A stretch of DNA of 64,000 bases from an uncultured Acidobacteriota bacterium (GCA_963805975.1 CAWDVR010000002.1:1182781-1246780), one strand, 5' to 3'. Counted from the first letter of the stretch, positions 10,526 to 23,082 are shown. The notes: a model not told the origin generated them from the sequence alone. Translations and numbers: made by a program.

Positions 10526-13500
10526 GTGGCAGGAGCACCTGGCTCGACGACGTCCCGGCTACGGTTCAGAGGTCTCTGTCTGGTCGCCCTCTGCGTGCCA
10601 TTCGCCGCCGGCCGGCTCGAGGGAGCCGAGCCGCTGCGGGAGCTGTGGGTCCGGGTCGAGGCGGTGGGCGCCGGCACGGCAGGGGCCGAACGCTACCTTG
10701 CGGTGGTCGCCGAGGACCAGCCGTGGCGCCGGCCGGCCGCCGAAACCCTGCTGGCGCCCGGCGAGCCGGCACCGCGGTGGCGGCTGCCCGCAGGCCGCTA
10801 CCGCGCGGTGTGCAGCGAGGCAGGCTTCGCGGCACGGTTCACCGAGCCGTTCGAGGTGGGGGGCGACGAGAGCGGGGCGCAGGCACCCGTCGAGGTCGGC
10901 TGCCCGCTCGAGCGTCTCGTCTACCGAGAGGGGCTGGTGTCGACCGGCAGCGGCGCGCCGCTCGCCGGGGCGCGCCTCGCGCCGCTCCACGTGGCGATGG
11001 CGGAGGGCCCGGTCGCCCTCTCGACCCTGGGCGCTGCGCACTTGCGCCGTAGCTTCGAAGCGGTGGCGGACGAGGCGGGACGCTTCCGGGTCGGCGGACC
11101 GGCTGGCAGCCGCGCGGCCCTCTGGGTCGAGGCCGCCGGCTTCGCCCCCCGGCTGCTGCCGGACGTGGTGTTCGCAGCCGGCGCCGCGGGGCTCGCCCCG
11201 GTGCGCCTCGAGCGCGGCGGCGGGCTGGTGCTCGAGGCGGCCCTTCCCGAGGGCCTCGATCGAGACCGGTTCCTGCTCGGGCTGCGACCCGCCGCCGACC
11301 CTCCGGGGGCCTCCCGCACCGAGACCGAGGCGGCGCTCCGCGCCTGGCTGAGGCCGCTTCCCGCAGAGGGGCCCTTCCTGGGGAGCTGGAGCTCGCTCGC
11401 CGCCGGCCGCTACGAGGTGTGGCTCAAGGAGCGCGCCGGGGCGGCCGCGAGCCGGCCGCCGCTCGTCGTGGGCGGCGCCGAGATGGCGGAGGGCGCGACG
11501 GTGAAGCTGGCCGTGACCGTTCCCGATCCGGAGCCGGCGACGCCGGTCTCGGCGCTCCCCCTGCGTCTCCTCGTCCGCCACGACGCCGAGCTTCACCCCC
11601 GCGGGCTCGCGGCGGCCGGCGCCGCCCGGGTCGAGCGCTGGGTGGGCGCCGGGCCCCAGGAGGTGCCGGTCGACTCCGAGCCGGCGAGCGGTGGGCTCGT
11701 GCTCTCGATCCCGGCCGGCTGCCGCAGCGGCGGGCTCTACACCGTGCGCCTCGGGGAACAGATCTCCGCGGCACTGCCGGCCGAGGGGTGCGCAGAGCAG
11801 ACGGCGCGCGCGGCCAACCTCCTCACGGCCGCCACGCTCACGGGCCGCATCCGCCAGCCGATGGGCACCTCACGGCCGTCGCAGATGGCCTTCGTCGCCC
11901 GGCGCTGTGCCGAGCGTCCCGCCGGCGCCGAGCCCGGCCTGGGTCGCTTTCCGGCCGCCCTGGCGAAAGACGGGAGCTGGCGTGCCGCGGTGCCGGCCGG
12001 TTGCCTTCACTTGCGGCTCGAGGCGACGGGCTTCACCAGCGTCGCCGTCGCCAGCCTTGGGCTCGCCCAGGGCGGGGCTCGCGATCTCGGGACGATCGAG
12101 CTGTCCCCCGGCGGTGCCGTGCTCACCCGCGTTCTCGACGCCGAGACGGGCCGGGCGGCGACCGGTCTCCAGGCCCTGCTCTACTCCGGAGCGCGATTGT
12201 CCGAGGGCGTCGAGGCGTTGCTCGCCGGCCGGGACCCGGCCGCCGAAGCGGAGGCCCGGGTGGACGCCCAGGGCTGGCTGCGGCTCGATGGCCTGGCGCC
12301 GGGGAGCTACGCCATCCTCGCTGCCGGCGCCGGCGGCCGCCTGCTGGTCTCGCCGCTTTTCGCCGTCGCGGCGGGTGAGGAGGCGCTGCTGCCGGATCTC
12401 GAGCTCCCGGCGACCGCGAGCGTGGAGCTGACGCTCGCGACCGACGCCGCGGGCCTGCCGAAGGAGACCGCGCTCGAGCTCTCCGCCTCCTACCTTCCGG
12501 CCGGCTGCCGCTGGGCTCCGGTACCTCGCCTGCGCCGCTCTCTCACGGCCGGCCAGGCCCTGGAGCTTGCCGGCCTGCCACCGGGACGCTGGCGCTTCGC
12601 GGCAGAGATGCTGCCACCCGGAGGCGGCCGGTATACGGCCGGCGAGGTCGAGGCCGAGATCGCCGCGGGCTCACACGCCGCCCTGGAGCTGCCGGTCGCC
12701 GGCCGCCTCTACCGCGGTGTGGTGCTCTTTCGGGGCCAGCCGCTCGCGGCCTCGGTTCGGCTGCGCCCGCGGGGACGGGGCGCGGTGCCGGCTCAGGCGC
12801 AGAGCGATCACGAGGGCCGGTTCACGGTGCTGCTCGCCCGGCCCGGAGCGTATCGGGCCACGGTGTGGACCGCGGACGGCGCGCTCGAGGCGACGGTGGC
12901 AAAGGTCCTCTTCGAGGAGCCGGAGGAAGAGGTGGAGCTGCGCCTGCCGGAGGGGACCTTGAGCGGCGTGGTCGTGGATCGGGACGGCCGGCCGGCGGCC
13001 GATGCCGCGATCTTCGCGCAGAGCACGGCGAGCGCCGGGGACCACGAGGAGGAAGGGGCATCCCGGCTTCCGTTGCGCGGCTTCGCCCGGGCGGACGCCG
13101 CGGGCCGCTTCGAGATCTCCGGCCTGGCGCCGGCGCAGTGGGAGCTGCGCGCGAGCCTGGGGCGCAACCGCGCGCGCAGCCGGGAGGTCACCGTGGAGCT
13201 CGGCGCGGACGAGGTGGTCCCCGGCCTGCGGCTGGTGCTCGAGGAAGGCCGCCCGCTCACCGTCGAGGTCCGCATGGGCGGCCGGCCGATGGCCGGGGTG
13301 CCCGGCTCCGCATGGTTCCTTGCCGCGGACGGCGAGCTGCTCGGCCAGCTCGCCGGCTTTGCGACCGATCTCGAAGGCCGCTACCGCTTCGCGGCGCCGC
13401 CCGGCGAGACCGCCTTCGTCCAGCTCGTGCTGCAACCGGCGGCGGCGCCGGTCGCGTCCTTCCGGCTGGCGTTCGCGGAGGAGCTGGCCGTGGAGCTGCC

Positions 13501-13843
13501 GGCGCTCGGCGGCCGGGTGGAGCTGGTGGTGCCCGCCGAACGGCTCCCCGGCCTCGACCCATCGCACCTGGTGCTGGTCCACGAAGGCGGGGCCAGCATT
13601 CCTCTCGGCTACTTGCGAGCGGCCGGGGAAAGCAGGAACGCCGAGGGCTCCTCGCTCGTCGCGCTGCCGCTCCTGGCCTCCGGACGCTGGCGCCTGCTGG
13701 CCCTCGATTCCGCCGCGGACTGGCGCTTCCTCGTCATGGGGCAGGAGATCGGCCGCGAGCTCGGGAGCTTCGACCTCGCCCCTGGCGGCACGGCGCGGGT
13801 CGCGCTGCCGGGAGCCGCCGCGCTAGCCGGCGCGAGTCAGTAG
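10526..13843 (+). CDS. Large secreted protein with repeated carboxypeptidase-regulatory-like/Cna-B-type beta-sandwich domains
   Basis: GTG 2 bp after the peptide gene stop; hydrophobic N-terminus; recurring D-x-x-G-R-F and GL-x-PG-x-Y/W motifs; no catalytic motif recognised. Confidence 0.75.
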   Translation: MAGAPGSTTSRLRFRGLCLVALCVPFAAGRLEGAEPLRELWVRVEAVGAGTAGAERYLAVVAEDQPWRRPAAETLLAPGEPAPRWRLPAGRYRAVCSEAGFAARFTEPFEVGGDESGAQAPVEVGCPLERLVYREGLVSTGSGAPLAGARLAPLHVAMAEGPVALSTLGAAHLRRSFEAVADEAGRFRVGGPAGSRAALWVEAAGFAPRLLPDVVFAAGAAGLAPVRLERGGGLVLEAALPEGLDRDRFLLGLRPAADPPGASRTETEAALRAWLRPLPAEGPFLGSWSSLAAGRYEVWLKERAGAAASRPPLVVGGAEMAEGATVKLAVTVPDPEPATPVSALPLRLLVRHDAELHPRGLAAAGAARVERWVGAGPQEVPVDSEPASGGLVLSIPAGCRSGGLYTVRLGEQISAALPAEGCAEQTARAANLLTAATLTGRIRQPMGTSRPSQMAFVARRCAERPAGAEPGLGRFPAALAKDGSWRAAVPAGCLHLRLEATGFTSVAVASLGLAQGGARDLGTIELSPGGAVLTRVLDAETGRAATGLQALLYSGARLSEGVEALLAGRDPAAEAEARVDAQGWLRLDGLAPGSYAILAAGAGGRLLVSPLFAVAAGEEALLPDLELPATASVELTLATDAAGLPKETALELSASYLPAGCRWAPVPRLRRSLTAGQALELAGLPPGRWRFAAEMLPPGGGRYTAGEVEAEIAAGSHAALELPVAGRLYRGVVLFRGQPLAASVRLRPRGRGAVPAQAQSDHEGRFTVLLARPGAYRATVWTADGALEATVAKVLFEEPEEEVELRLPEGTLSGVVVDRDGRPAADAAIFAQSTASAGDHEEEGASRLPLRGFARADAAGRFEISGLAPAQWELRASLGRNRARSREVTVELGADEVVPGLRLVLEEGRPLTVEVRMGGRPMAGVPGSAWFLAADGELLGQLAGFATDLEGRYRFAAPPGETAFVQLVLQPAAAPVASFRLAFAEELAVELPALGGRVELVVPAERLPGLDPSHLVLVHEGGASIPLGYLRAAGESRNAEGSSLVALPLLASGRWRLLALDSAADWRFLVMGQEIGRELGSFDLAPGGTARVALPGAAALAGASQ

Positions 13844-13850
13844 GCGGCGT

Positions 13851-15799
<1,949 letters not shown>

Positions 15800-15868
15800 C
15801 GTCGGCCTCCTTGGTCAGTATCGTGAGTGTCTTGTACCGACTTACAGTTGCTCGTAAGGTAACGCTCC

Positions 15869-17881
15869 GTGATTGTATCGTCGAAAGCGCCCGCACCGGA
15901 ATTCGAGCCGCGGCCGAGGGCGCGCGGCAGCCTGCAGCTGCGCATCACCCTGGCTCTCGCCGTGGTGGGCCTGCTGCCGCTCGCCATCGCCACCCTGCTG
16001 CTGGTGCGCCTGCACCGCGAGGGCTTCTCCCGGCAGGTGCTCGCCACGCACAGCGTGGCGGCGGCGACCGCCGCCGAGCGGGTGGGCGCGGTGGCGGACT
16101 CGCTGGTGGCGCTCGCCGACAGCCTGGCAGGCAACCCCGGGCTCACCAATGACGAACAGCCGGAGGTGGCGCGCGAGCTGCTGATCGGCATGCTCCAGGC
16201 GCGGCCGGACCTCGGCGCGCTGGCGCTGGTCAACGGGGAGGGCGCGCTCGTGCTCCGCGCCCAGCGCAAGGGCCTGGGAACCGAGATGGAGGGCGTCCTC
16301 GCAGAGCGCCAGGAGAAGGAGCTCGACCTGGTGGTGGGCGAGACCGCGACCTGGTTGCGGATCGAGCGGCCGCTGGCCCGTGCCAGCGGCCGGCTGCGCC
16401 TGGTGGCCGACGCGGCGCCGCTGATCGCGGCGGTCGAACGCATCGAGATCGGCGGCGACGAGGCCGAGCTGGTGCTCGCCACGGGCGCCGGCCGGGTGCT
16501 CGCCGGCACGGCGCCCTCGCTCGCGGGCTTTCCCCCGGCGCTCCTCGAGGCGGGCCGCGTGGGCCGTGCTGGCGGCGCCGGCGTCTACCAGGGCGAGGGC
16601 GGCGAGAAAGTGCTCGGCGCCTTCTCTCCCGTCGCCGGCACGCTGGCAGGGGCGAAGGACCTGGGCTGGTTCGTGGTCTCGCGCCAGCCGCGGCGGATGG
16701 CGGAATCGATCCGCCTCGGGGTGCGGCGCGACTCCGCCCTGGCGGTGGGCCTCGCGGCGATCCTGGTGGCGGCCCTGGCGGCGGCGGCCCACTCCTCGCT
16801 GGTCTCGCCGATCCGCCGCCTGACCGAGGCGCAGCGCCGCCTGGCCGGCTTCGTGCCCGAGCCGCGGGCGCCGGGTGGCGAGATCGCGGCGCTCGAGGCC
16901 TCTTTCGCGCTGCTCGAGCGCAAGGTGCGGGACGCGGAGGATCTGAGCCGCGTCTTTCTGGGCCGCTACCAGGTGCTGGAGCAGATCGGCGCCGGCGCCA
17001 TGGGCTCGGTGTTCCTGGGTTGGGACCCCAAGCTGCAACGCCGCGTGGCGCTCAAGACCGTGCGCCTGGACGCCGGCCGCCTGGGCCTCCGGCAGAGCGA
17101 TCTGTCGCGCAAGCTGTTCCAGGAGGCCGTGACCACGGCGCGCTTCAGCCACTCGAACATCGTCCCCGTCTACGACGTCGAGTGGACGCCGGAGGTCGCC
17201 TTCCTCGCCATGGAGCACGTGGACGGCGTGGGGCTCGAATGGCTGCTGTGGCGCCAGCGCCCGCTCTCTGAGCCGGCGAGCGTGCTGATCGCCCACGGCA
17301 TCGCCTCCGCCCTCGCCACCGCCCACGCTCAGGGCGTGATGCACCGCGACATCAAGCCTTCGAACGTGCTCCTGGGCTTCGACGGCTCGATCAAGGTCAC
17401 CGACTTCGGCATCGCCGAGCTGGCGACCGCCGTCGCCCCGTCGACGGAGATCTTCTTCGGTACTCCGGGCTTCATCCCGCCCGAGGCCCTGAAGGGCGAG
17501 GGCTACGGTCCGGCGGGAGACCTCTTCGCTCTCGGCGTGATCCTCTACGAGTGCCTGACCGGCCGCCAACCCTTCTTGAAGAGCGAGCTCCAGGAGACCA
17601 TCGCCAGCACCCTCCACCGCGAGCCCGAGCCGCTCGCGCGCCTCGCGCCGGGGCTCTCCCCCGAGGTGGAGGCCCTGGCCTCGGGGCTCCTCGCCAAGGC
17701 TCCCGGCGAGCGGCCGGCGAGCGCGGCGGCCGTGGTACGATCGCTCCAGGCCATCATTGTCGAGCGCGGGATGCGATGGGACCCTTCCGGGCTTCCACCC
17801 AGGCCCTCTGCCTCCGAGCCCGGGCGCTCGCAGCTCCTGTCGACCTTCACGCGGCCGGCGACGAGGTGGATGAAGCGATGA
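15869..17881 (+). CDS. Membrane Ser/Thr protein kinase with periplasmic Cache-like sensor and HAMP-like linker
   Basis: Two TMs flanking a sensor region (WFVVSRQP); kinase motifs GAGAMG, VALK, HRDIKPSN, DFG, GTPGFIPPE all intact. Confidence 0.88.
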   Translation: MIVSSKAPAPEFEPRPRARGSLQLRITLALAVVGLLPLAIATLLLVRLHREGFSRQVLATHSVAAATAAERVGAVADSLVALADSLAGNPGLTNDEQPEVARELLIGMLQARPDLGALALVNGEGALVLRAQRKGLGTEMEGVLAERQEKELDLVVGETATWLRIERPLARASGRLRLVADAAPLIAAVERIEIGGDEAELVLATGAGRVLAGTAPSLAGFPPALLEAGRVGRAGGAGVYQGEGGEKVLGAFSPVAGTLAGAKDLGWFVVSRQPRRMAESIRLGVRRDSALAVGLAAILVAALAAAAHSSLVSPIRRLTEAQRRLAGFVPEPRAPGGEIAALEASFALLERKVRDAEDLSRVFLGRYQVLEQIGAGAMGSVFLGWDPKLQRRVALKTVRLDAGRLGLRQSDLSRKLFQEAVTTARFSHSNIVPVYDVEWTPEVAFLAMEHVDGVGLEWLLWRQRPLSEPASVLIAHGIASALATAHAQGVMHRDIKPSNVLLGFDGSIKVTDFGIAELATAVAPSTEIFFGTPGFIPPEALKGEGYGPAGDLFALGVILYECLTGRQPFLKSELQETIASTLHREPEPLARLAPGLSPEVEALASGLLAKAPGERPASAAAVVRSLQAIIVERGMRWDPSGLPPRPSASEPGRSQLLSTFTRPATRWMKR

Positions 17882-19692
17882 TCGCCCGCGCCAAGCAATC
17901 CTCCCTTGCCGCCACGCTGGCGGCGCTCCTCTCCGTTCTGCTCGCGCCCGGCGGCTTTGCCCAGCCCGGGGCCGGCCCACCGCTCGGCACCGGCTGGCAC
18001 ATCGCGCGCCCCGGCGACACCCTCCGCGGCCTGTCGCGCCGTTACTCGGGCGGCGAAGAGCGGTGGCGGGAGAACTGGCGCCTCAACCCCGGGATCCAGG
18101 ACCCGAACCGCATCGAGATCGGCGAGCGCATCCAGCTGCTGCTGGTGAGCAACGTGCCCGAGGATCTGGCGCGCATCACCCGCCTGTCGCACAGCGTCGA
18201 GACCAAGCCGACGCCGGTCGACTGGGAAGCCGCTTTCGTCGATGCCCTGCTGCGCGGCGAGGACGCGCTGCGCACCTACGAGCGCTCCTCCGCCGAGATG
18301 CTGTTCGGTGACGGCTCCGAGCTCAAGATCACGGAGAGCTCGCTGGTCTTTCTGCGCAAGGTGGGCCGCGGCCTCGAGGCCGTGCCGCGCGACGAGATCG
18401 AGATCGTCGACGGCCAGGCCGACCTGAGCAACCGCGCCGCGCGCGCCGGCGCGCGCGGCATCGACGTGCTGCTCGGCACGGCGCGCCTCACCCCGCGGCC
18501 GAGCCCGGCGGGAGAGGTGGCGACCCGCGCCCGCAAGCGCGCCACCGCCGCCCAGTTGATGGTGTACGAGGGAGCGGGTGCGGTGGCCTCGGGCGGCGCC
18601 CAGGTGGACCTTCCCCGGGGCACCGGCACGGTGGTGGAGGAGGGCAGGCCGCCCGCTCCCCCCGAGGCGCTGCTCCCCGCGCCGGAGCTCACCGGACCGG
18701 CCGCGGAGGCGAGCTTCGCCTTCGGCAACCCCGGCTTCACCTGGCAGGCGGTTCCCGGCGCTGCGAGCTACACCGTCGAGGTCTGCCGCGACCCCGGCTG
18801 CGGCGCCCTGGAGCTCAGGGCGAGCGGCCTCGCGACCCCGCTCTTCAGGCCGGGCTCCCTCCCCACCGGGAGCCTCTTCTGGCGGGTGACCGCAGGCGCG
18901 GCTTCCGGTCTCGACGGCTACCCGAGCGCCAGCCGCGCCCTGACCGTCACCTCCGGGCGCGCCGACGTGGAGCCGCCCGCGGTCTGGCTCACCTTCGCCG
19001 CGCCGACGATCGGCTGCGGCTCCCGCCGGCTGGTCGGGCGCGGGGTACAGCTCGACCTCGGCGCCGAGGACCCGTCGGGGATCGCCGGCTGGACCTACAC
19101 GGTGAACGGGCAGGCCGTGGAGCGGGCGGCCTTCGCCGGCCCCTGGGCCGCGGGAGCGCAGACCCTCGAAGCGACGGCGACCGACAGCGCCGGCAACATC
19201 GCCACGGTGGGGTCCCTGGCCCTGGTCAGCGACCCGGACCCGCCGGTGATCGCGGTCGAGAGCGGCAACGCCGGCCTGATCCGTGAGCACGGCCGTCCCG
19301 ACCGCGCCCGCCAGGCCCTCCCCGGGCGGCTGCGGCGGCACGCTCGCGACGGCGCGGTGCTCGAATGGTCCTCGGACGGCGCCCGCTGGCTGCCTCTCGC
19401 CGCCGGAGCCGAGACCCTGGCGCTGGGCGACGAGCCGCAGATCTTCCTGCGCTCCCCGGGAAGCGATGGCGGCGGCGATGCCTTCTCCCCGGACAGCCCG
19501 GTGCGGCTGCCGGGAGACCGCCTGCTGCACGTGACCGTCGAGGATGCGGCCTGCGGCGTCGAGCGCGTGCGCTTCGGCATCGGGTCGGGAGCCGGCACCG
19601 GCCGCCGCACCTTCTGGATCGAGGCCACCGACCTGGTGGGCAACGTCGCACGCGAGGAGTGGGCGCTCGCCGCTGCCGCCGATGGTCGGTGA
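17878..19692 (+). CDS. Secreted LysM + FecR-like + FN3/Ig-like domain protein
   Basis: Signal peptide; LysM HIARPGDTLRGLS...IEIGERIQL; FecR-like GEDALRTYERSSAEMLFGDGSELKITESS; FTWQAVPGAASYTVEV; EATATDSAGN; ATGA overlap with kinase. Confidence 0.8.
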   Translation: MIARAKQSSLAATLAALLSVLLAPGGFAQPGAGPPLGTGWHIARPGDTLRGLSRRYSGGEERWRENWRLNPGIQDPNRIEIGERIQLLLVSNVPEDLARITRLSHSVETKPTPVDWEAAFVDALLRGEDALRTYERSSAEMLFGDGSELKITESSLVFLRKVGRGLEAVPRDEIEIVDGQADLSNRAARAGARGIDVLLGTARLTPRPSPAGEVATRARKRATAAQLMVYEGAGAVASGGAQVDLPRGTGTVVEEGRPPAPPEALLPAPELTGPAAEASFAFGNPGFTWQAVPGAASYTVEVCRDPGCGALELRASGLATPLFRPGSLPTGSLFWRVTAGAASGLDGYPSASRALTVTSGRADVEPPAVWLTFAAPTIGCGSRRLVGRGVQLDLGAEDPSGIAGWTYTVNGQAVERAAFAGPWAAGAQTLEATATDSAGNIATVGSLALVSDPDPPVIAVESGNAGLIREHGRPDRARQALPGRLRRHARDGAVLEWSSDGARWLPLAAGAETLALGDEPQIFLRSPGSDGGGDAFSPDSPVRLPGDRLLHVTVEDAACGVERVRFGIGSGAGTGRRTFWIEATDLVGNVAREEWALAAAADGR

Positions 19693-21472
19693 ACGGCAGC
19701 CCGCCGAGACGACGGAGACGCTGCGCGCCCGTTGCGCGGAGCTCGAGAAGCTGCTCTCCCAGGGCCGCGAGTCCGACCGCCAGTTCCTGCGCCAGGTGCT
19801 CGACATCAATCCCCACCTGGTCTTCGCCAAGGACCGGAGCGGCCGCTTCACCCTGGTCAACCAGGCGCTGGCCGAGGCCTACGGCACCACCGTCGAGGGA
19901 CTGATCGGCAAGACCGACGCCGACTTCAACCGCCACCCTGCCGAGGTCGAGCAGTTCCGGCGCGACGACCTCGAGGTGATGGACAACCTGCACGAGAAGT
20001 TCATCGGCGAAGAGAAGATCACCGACGCCTCCGGCCGCACCCGCTGGCTGCAGACCATCAAGCGGCCGATCGTCGGTGCCGACGGCAGGGCCGACCAGGT
20101 GCTGGGGGTGGCGACCGACATCACGCGCCACAAAGAGCTCGAGCAGCAGCTCGTCCACGCCGCGCTCCACGACGGGCTCACCGGCCTGCCCAACCGCGTC
20201 CTGTTCACCGACCGGCTGGCGATGGCGGTCGAGAGCGCGAGCCGCTCGCCGTCCTACCGCTTCGCGGTGGTGTTCGTCGATCTCGACCGCTTCAAGGTGA
20301 TCAACGACAGTCTGGGCCACACGCTGGGCGACCAGTTGCTGGTGGCCGCCGCCCAGCGCTTCGCGAGCTGCGTGCGGCCGGGCGACACGGTGGCGCGGCT
20401 GGGTGGCGACGAGTTCACCCTGCTGCTGACCGGCATCGCCGGCCTGCGCGACGCGGTGCACGCCGCCGAGAGCATCCAGGGCGCTCTCGCCGCGCCTTTC
20501 CTGCTCGAGGAGCAGGAGATCTTCATCACCGCGAGCGTCGGCGTCGCGGTGAGCATGCCGGGCGGCCACGATGCCCTGGACCTGCTGCGCGACGCCGACA
20601 CCGCCATGTACCGCGCCAAGGCCCTGGGCCGGGGCCAGCACGTGATCTTCGACCCGGACATGCACGAGCGCGCCGTGGCCCGGCTGCGGCTCGAGAACGA
20701 CCTCCGGCGGGCGCTCGACCGCGGCGAGATGACGCTCGTCTACCAGCCGATCGTGCGCGTCGCGGACTGCCGCATCGTGGAGCTCGAAGCCCTGCTGCGC
20801 TGGCAGCACCCGGAGCGCGGCCGGCTCGAGCCCGGCAGCTTCCTCTCGGTGGCCGAGGAGACGGGGATCATGCTGCGTCTCGAGGCGTGGGTGCTCTTCG
20901 AGGCCTGCTCGCGAGCCGCCCACTGGTACCGCGAGCGCGAGGGGCACGAGCCCTGGGGCGTCTCCCTCAACCTCTCGCCCCAGCAGCTCGGCACCGGCGA
21001 CCCGGCCGCCCGCATCCTCGCCGTGGTGGAGAGCACCGGCCTGCCGCCGGCTCTCTTGCGCGTCGAGATCACCGAGTCCGCGATCCTCGACCGCTTCGAG
21101 GAGGTGGCCGAGATCCTGGGCCGCCTGCGCCGGGCCGGCGTCCGTGTCGACGTCGACGACTTCGGCACCGGCTACTCCTCGCTCTCCTACCTGCACAGCC
21201 TGCCGGTCGACCGCCTGAAGATCGACCGCTCCTTCGTCGAGCGCCTGGAGAGCGACGGCGACGCCTACACCATCGCGCAGACCATCGTCATGCTGGCGCA
21301 GACCCTCGACCTCGAAGCGATCGCCGAGGGGGTGGAGACGGCCGCTCAGCTCCAGCGGGTGCGCAAGCTGGGCTGCACTCATGCCCAGGGCCATCTCTTC
21401 GCGACACCGGTCGAGGCCGGCCAGGTGTTGAGCCTGCCGGACGTCCTGCCGGGCCTCGACGGGCACCTATGA
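19682..21472 (+). CDS. PAS-GGDEF-EAL diguanylate cyclase/phosphodiesterase
   Basis: PAS (FAKDRSGRFTLVN); RPGD I-site + GGDEF; EALLRW, EITES, DDFGTGYSSL, EGVET. Confidence 0.95.
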   Translation: MVGERQPAETTETLRARCAELEKLLSQGRESDRQFLRQVLDINPHLVFAKDRSGRFTLVNQALAEAYGTTVEGLIGKTDADFNRHPAEVEQFRRDDLEVMDNLHEKFIGEEKITDASGRTRWLQTIKRPIVGADGRADQVLGVATDITRHKELEQQLVHAALHDGLTGLPNRVLFTDRLAMAVESASRSPSYRFAVVFVDLDRFKVINDSLGHTLGDQLLVAAAQRFASCVRPGDTVARLGGDEFTLLLTGIAGLRDAVHAAESIQGALAAPFLLEEQEIFITASVGVAVSMPGGHDALDLLRDADTAMYRAKALGRGQHVIFDPDMHERAVARLRLENDLRRALDRGEMTLVYQPIVRVADCRIVELEALLRWQHPERGRLEPGSFLSVAEETGIMLRLEAWVLFEACSRAAHWYREREGHEPWGVSLNLSPQQLGTGDPAARILAVVESTGLPPALLRVEITESAILDRFEEVAEILGRLRRAGVRVDVDDFGTGYSSLSYLHSLPVDRLKIDRSFVERLESDGDAYTIAQTIVMLAQTLDLEAIAEGVETAAQLQRVRKLGCTHAQGHLFATPVEAGQVLSLPDVLPGLDGHL

Positions 21473-21479
21473 GCCGCCG

Positions 21480-22929
21480 CTAGAGCGGGCGGCTGCCGGC
21501 CACCGGCTGCGCAAGCCCCTGCCGGGCTCTCCAGAGCCCCGCCAGCGACAGGAGCGGCCCGGTCATGAACGTGGTCACCAGGGCCATCAGCACCAGCATG
21601 GCGAAGATACGCGGCGTGAGGATGCCGAGGTCGTAGCCGATGTTGAGCGCGATCAGCTCCACCAGGCCGCGAGTGTTCATCAGCGCGCCGAGCGAGAAGG
21701 AGTCCACCCAGCTCATGCCGGTCCAGCGCGCCGCCGCCATGCTGCCGCCGAGCTTGCCCAGGATGGCGACGGCGATGATGCCGACCGCGATCAGCCAGCT
21801 CCGGGCGTCGTCGAGCAGCCCGATCTCGGTGCGCAGGCCGGTGAAGGCGAAGAACAGCGGCAGGAGGAAGGCCGAGCTGAAGGTCTCCAGCCGCTCCTTC
21901 AGGAAGGTGCGCAGCGCCGGATCGTTCGGCATCGTCACGCCGGCGAGGAACGCGCCGAAGAGCGCGTGGATACCGATCGTCTCGGTGAAGAGGGCGGCGG
22001 CGAAGGCGAACACCAGGATGCCCGCCACCAGGCCCTTCTGCCGGCCCTCGTCCCCGAGACCGCGGGCGCCCAGGCGCGCGGTCCGTGGCCTGACCACCAG
22101 CAGCATCAGCAGGATGAAGCCGAGCGCCAGGCCGATGGTCACCGCCGCGGCGGCGAGACCGTTGGCCTTGATGATCGCCACCACCAGCGCCAGCAGGCAC
22201 CAGGCCGTGACGTCGTCGACCGCCGCGCAGGCGATGGCCGTCGAGCCGAGGTAGGACTGCGTCAGGCCGCGCTCCTCGAGGATCCGGGCGAGCACCGGGA
22301 AGGCGGTGATGCTCATCGCCACGCCGATGAAGAGCGCGAAGGCGGAGAACGGCACGCCTGCCGGCGCCAGCGTGGGGTAGACGAACAGGGCGAGGAGCGT
22401 GCCGAAGAAGAAAGGCACCAGGATGCTGGCATGGCTCACCATCACGGCGGCGTCCGCCTTCTGTTTGAGGTGCGCCACGTCGAGGTCGATGCCGACCACG
22501 AACATGAAGAGGATGACGCCGATCTGGGCGAGGAGCTGGAGCGAGCCGAGCGAGGTCCGCGGAAAGAGGAACGTCTGGGTGGCCGGGAGCGATCAGGCCC
22601 AGGAGCGACGGGCCGAGGACGATGCCGGCGACCATCTCGCCGATCACCCGCGGCTGGCCGATCCGGGCAAAGAGCCAGCCCGTGAGCCGGGCCGCGAGCA
22701 CGATGACCACCACCTGCATGAGCAGGACGGCGAGCGGATGGTGGAGATTCCCGAGCAAGACCCCCAGCGGCGAGCTGGCGCTCGGCGCACCCGCGGCGGC
22801 CGCGGCGACGTGCGGCGGCGCGTCGCCGGTCGCGGTCACCCCGCCCCGCGATCCCATCAGCAGCAGGGTGTAGATGCCGGCGCCGAAGACCAGCAGGGTC
22901 GAGAGATAAAAGGCCAGGTTCCGTCGCAT
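21480..22929 (-). CDS. Cation/H+ antiporter (CPA2 family); one apparent +1 frameshift near 22585
   Basis: GQPRVIGEMVAGIVLGPS, SITAFPVLARIL, LMNTRGLVELIALNIG, split across two frames at a homopolymer. Confidence 0.88.
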
Positions 22930-23082
22930 TCCCGCAGACCCTCCGCCGCGCGATCCTAGCAGCCGCCTCGACGGCCGGGCGCGGGCGGAATAGGCGGCAG
23001 CCCCGGCGCGAAAGTTACTCCCGAGCGCGGTGGTACGATCCCGCCCGCCCCGATGCTCCGTCGAAACTCACCCGGAGGTGCC

